NCBI RefSeq assembly: GCF_006345805.1
Contig: NW_021823714.1
Span: forward strand, 1 to 21,593
Source: Octopus sinensis
Lineage: Eukaryota
DNA: 21,593 nucleotides
Direction of reading: 5' to 3'
Shown here: positions 18,590-21,593 of the stretch, in pieces
How positions within the stretch are numbered: the stretch's first letter is position 1
How the letters are laid out: each line of letters opens with the position of its first letter
Program-made: the position numbers and the translations under genes
The notes under the pieces: model-generated
What the model saw: the letters and a program-made list of their open reading frames with translations, nothing else
The model's database searches: none
What the model was told of the DNA's origin: nothing

Positions 18590-18680
<91 letters not shown>

Positions 18681-18872
18681 CACATGCTCACATATATTTG
18701 TGTGTGTATACATATATGTGGATATATATGTATATATATGTATGTATGTATGCATGCATATATGTATGTATGTGTGTGTGTGTGTATGTGGGTGGGTGTA
18801 TATGTGTATGTATGTATGTATGTATGTATGTATGTATGTAGTATGTATGTATGTAGTATGTATGTATGTATG
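18585..18872. repeat. (GATA)n followed by (TATG)/(TG)n compound microsatellite
   Basis: Read directly. Confidence 0.95.
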
Positions 18873-19010
18873 CCGCAGAGATGAGAAAGGCCGAAGAGGG
18901 AAGGAATCATCGTCATGACGCTTTTCAGCACAATTTTCATATTTTCCCCCAAGTCGTGCCACTTAAAGGCTTATGGCTCTTCTCCGTGATACTCCAACAC
19001 AAAGAACAGC

Positions 19011-19011
19011 T

Positions 19012-19053
<42 letters not shown>

Positions 19054-19070
19054 GTCGTCATCATCATCAT
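19011..19070. repeat. (TCA)n trinucleotide microsatellite
   Basis: Read directly. Confidence 0.96.
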
Positions 19071-19572
19071 GTATATATATCCAAGAGAATGTGAAAGGAG
19101 CCACCTTCTTTGGTTCTTTTCTGTCTTTAACCATCACAGCCAAGGCTAATGGTGGTGTATTGCCTTAAAAAATAGGTCGTCGATCCAGCTTGTCGAGTGA
19201 GTGCTGACCTATTCACTAAAGCAGCTAGCGATAGTGAAGTAGTTAGTGTCTTTGTTTTGTTCAACCTGTCATTCTGATTTATGTTTGTAGGCTTAAGTTG
19301 TGTATCAAACAGGTATGTTAACATATGTAACTAACGTGTGATGGTATGTATTGGCTTCTGACGTTAATGTAAGGTAATTCAGGTGGCAGCCCGATCAGTT
19401 TCTTATACCTTCATATATGCAAACATGTATGTGTGTCTGTGTCTGTGTGTGTGTGTGTGTGTGTGTGTACGTGTGCGTGAGAGAGAGGGTGTGTGTTTAA
19501 TATCTACTTATCTATCGAAGAATCTATTAACTTTTATATATACTTCTTTCACTCTTTCTCATTGTTACTACC

Positions 19573-19610
<38 letters not shown>

Positions 19611-20177
19611 CTTCTTTCTCAATCTCACTAAGCTTCTATCTAGCAACCTTGCTTTCTATGCATTCTCTATTTTTATATGTATATTATATGTTTGCTTATT
19701 TCTGTCTACAATACGTACATGCAGGTATATATTTCTACCTGGTCTAGCTACCATATAGAGGTCTCCCTCATTGGCTCATACATACATATATACATAAAAT
19801 CGAAATAAAATACTTAAAGCAACAGGCGTCAAATACAAAAGCCAAGGTTCATGCAGTGTCATGGGCCAAAAAAAAAATTCCAACTGTGTAATCGTAATCT
19901 ATATCGTTTGAAAGGTATTTGTATAAAATTTCATTAAAAAATACCTATTTTCCAGAAAGTTATGAGGAGGAAAATGTCAGGTCCTGTGAATTTTCCGAAA
20001 CACCTCTCTCCAACCCCCCGGAAAAAATTTTTCAACAAATCTTTAGATAACACTCAAATTACAGGATATGAGCGATTATTTGGTGGAGGTTTCGTTTAAA
20101 GTATCCATCTTTCTGGAAGTTATGAGGCAACAAGGTCGGTAGATTGTTAAACTGTAGTTATGCTTTTTTCAATAAAA

Positions 20178-20315
20178 GTTAACTTTAACGGATTAACGTT
20201 AAATTCCGTCACATTTTCAAAGAATTAACGGATTAACAATTAACGAAGTCAACTTTTTGGTTAACGGATTAACGATTGACAGAGTTAACTTTTCGATTAA
20301 CGGTGTCCACCTCTG
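20178..20315. mobile_element. Right end of a MITE-like DNA element with repeated TTAACGGATTAAC subterminal motifs
   Basis: ttaacggattaac at 20185-20197, 20225-20237 and 20261-20273; ends ttaacggtgtccacctctg followed by TA. No matching left TIR was seen. Confidence 0.5.
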
Positions 20316-20526
20316 TATATATATGTATATTGTTGTATTTCGGACTATATGTTTGGTGTTACTTTGCTTCAGTGTTAAGTAACACCAAATATATAGTGCG
20401 TGTGTTTTTATTGGCTAAACTGGCAAAATGACCATTCCGAAATACAACAATATCTGTTTCAACACATGATTTCACATAAAAAAATCTTGCACAACAAATA
20501 TATATATACATATATATATATATAAA

Positions 20527-20582
20527 TATACACACACCTACATACATACATACATACATACATACATACATACATACATACA

Positions 20583-20612
<30 letters not shown>
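20527..20612. repeat. (TACA)n microsatellite
   Basis: Read directly. Confidence 0.96.
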
Positions 20613-20613
<1 letters not shown>

Positions 20614-21021
20614 TTCTAGTAATTTTTATATGTTTCCAATCTCGATTATCTATCTCCGTCTTTGTGAGTAAACTAAGGAAATGGATCAGGAAAAGTGGGA
20701 GTTAACAGAGTTTATTTTGCTAAGAACATATTACAATTGAATCTAAAAACCCAATTGTTCCATTATGCAACAAAAGATGTGGTTGACAATGTCTAAGAAG
20801 GTGTTATTATATTAATTAAACTTAACAGACTATTTAGGAAAATACAGAAAACTCATTAATAAAGAATTATCGAAAATATACACAGTCGTGTATACAATAT
20901 AACATGCCTGAAAGAAAAACTGACCCCTCTCTCTCTCTCTCTCTCGCTATACATATCCATCAATCTATCTATCTGTCTTTCTCTTTGACTGTTTATCTAT
21001 TTATCTATCTATGTATGTATG

Positions 21022-21119
21022 CGAGGGGGAGTCAAAAATTATCCGCACTTTTGCCATATTTTTATGACTGTCACACTGCCTTCTGCGCATTCGCGCTTAT
21101 AGAAGGTATTGTGGTCACG
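21022..21119 (+). mobile_element. Mariner-like left end, interrupted by the SINE insertion
   Basis: cgagggggagtcaaaaattatccgca resembles (TA)CGAGGGG mariner termini; the preceding dinucleotide is TG rather than TA. The sequence resumes after the right TSD at 21554. Confidence 0.45.
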
Positions 21120-21124
21120 ATTAA

Positions 21125-21544
21125 GGCGGCAAGCTGGCAGAAACGTTAGCACACCGGGCGAAATGCGTAGCCGTATTTCGTCTGCCGCTACGTTCTGAGT
21201 TCAAATTCCGCCGAGGTTGACTTTGCCTTTCATCCTTTCGGGGTCGATAAATTAAGTACCAGTTACGCACTAGGGTCGATGTGATTGACTTAATCCGTTT
21301 GTCTGTCCTTGTCTGTCCCCTCTATGTTTAGCCCCTTGTGGGTAATAAAACAATAGGTATTTCGCCTGCCGCTACGTTCTGAGTTCAAATTCCGCCGAGG
21401 TCGACTTTGCCTTTCATCCTTTCGGGGTCGATAAATTAAGTACCAGTTACGCACTGGGGTCGACATAATCGACTTAATCCGTTTGTCTGTCCTTGTTCGT
21501 CCCCTCTGTGTTAGCTCCTTGTGGGTAGTAAAGAAATAGGTATT
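21125..21544 (+). mobile_element. Young tRNA-derived SINE with its body duplicated in tandem and a 16-bp TSD
   Basis: Head ggcggcaagc with A-box-like tggcagaaacg (21135-21145); B boxes gagttcaaatt at 21197 and 21381; 184-bp and 183-bp units starting at GTATT (21173, 21357, 21540). TSD aggtattgtggtcacg at 21104-21119 and 21538-21553. Confidence 0.92.
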
Positions 21545-21593
21545 GTGGTCACGTGATCGAAGTTCGAGTTTGATCGCGCCATTTTTTTTTTCT

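Noticed and set aside
19011-19070. Poly-Ser or poly-Asp coding segment
   Set aside because: It is a nearly pure (TCA)n microsatellite, and the flanking frames show no recognisable protein.
19880-20140. DNA-transposon interior (repeated gaaagttatgagg/ggaagttatgagg)
   Set aside because: It looks repeat-derived, but no termini or TSD could be found, so it is not called as a feature.
21125-21215. tRNA gene (also the heads near 5930-5996 and 14770-14828)
   Set aside because: A and B boxes are present but there is no complete cloverleaf, and the sequence continues into SINE bodies found in several copies.

Overview
AT-rich, intron- or intergenic-like eukaryotic DNA with no confidently identifiable host gene. 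The SINE types and the very high microsatellite load point to a coleoid cephalopod, probably an octopus; this is inferred from recognising the families, not from a search. Most ORF-track entries are translations of microsatellites. Recognisable elements: a decayed Penelope-like retroelement (PLE) ORF running off the left edge on the minus strand; a complete but dead 1.2-kb Tc1 transposon; mariner, hAT and Helitron-like non-autonomous pieces; several tRNA-derived SINEs; a short RTE-derived element; a 5'-truncated L1/Tx1-like LINE inside (GATA)n; and two tandem R4/Dong-like LINE 3' ends around a (CAG/CAA/AAT)n tract. The most interesting signal is two minimal type-I hammerhead-ribozyme-like motifs (8685-8719 and 10683-10716, both minus strand, both with a CCGANGA core and an ACGU palindrome). 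They lie in diverged direct repeats 2.0 kb apart and bracket a low-complexity interior. This suggests a non-autonomous, ribozyme-processed PLE-derived or retrozyme-like unit. Activity is untested.
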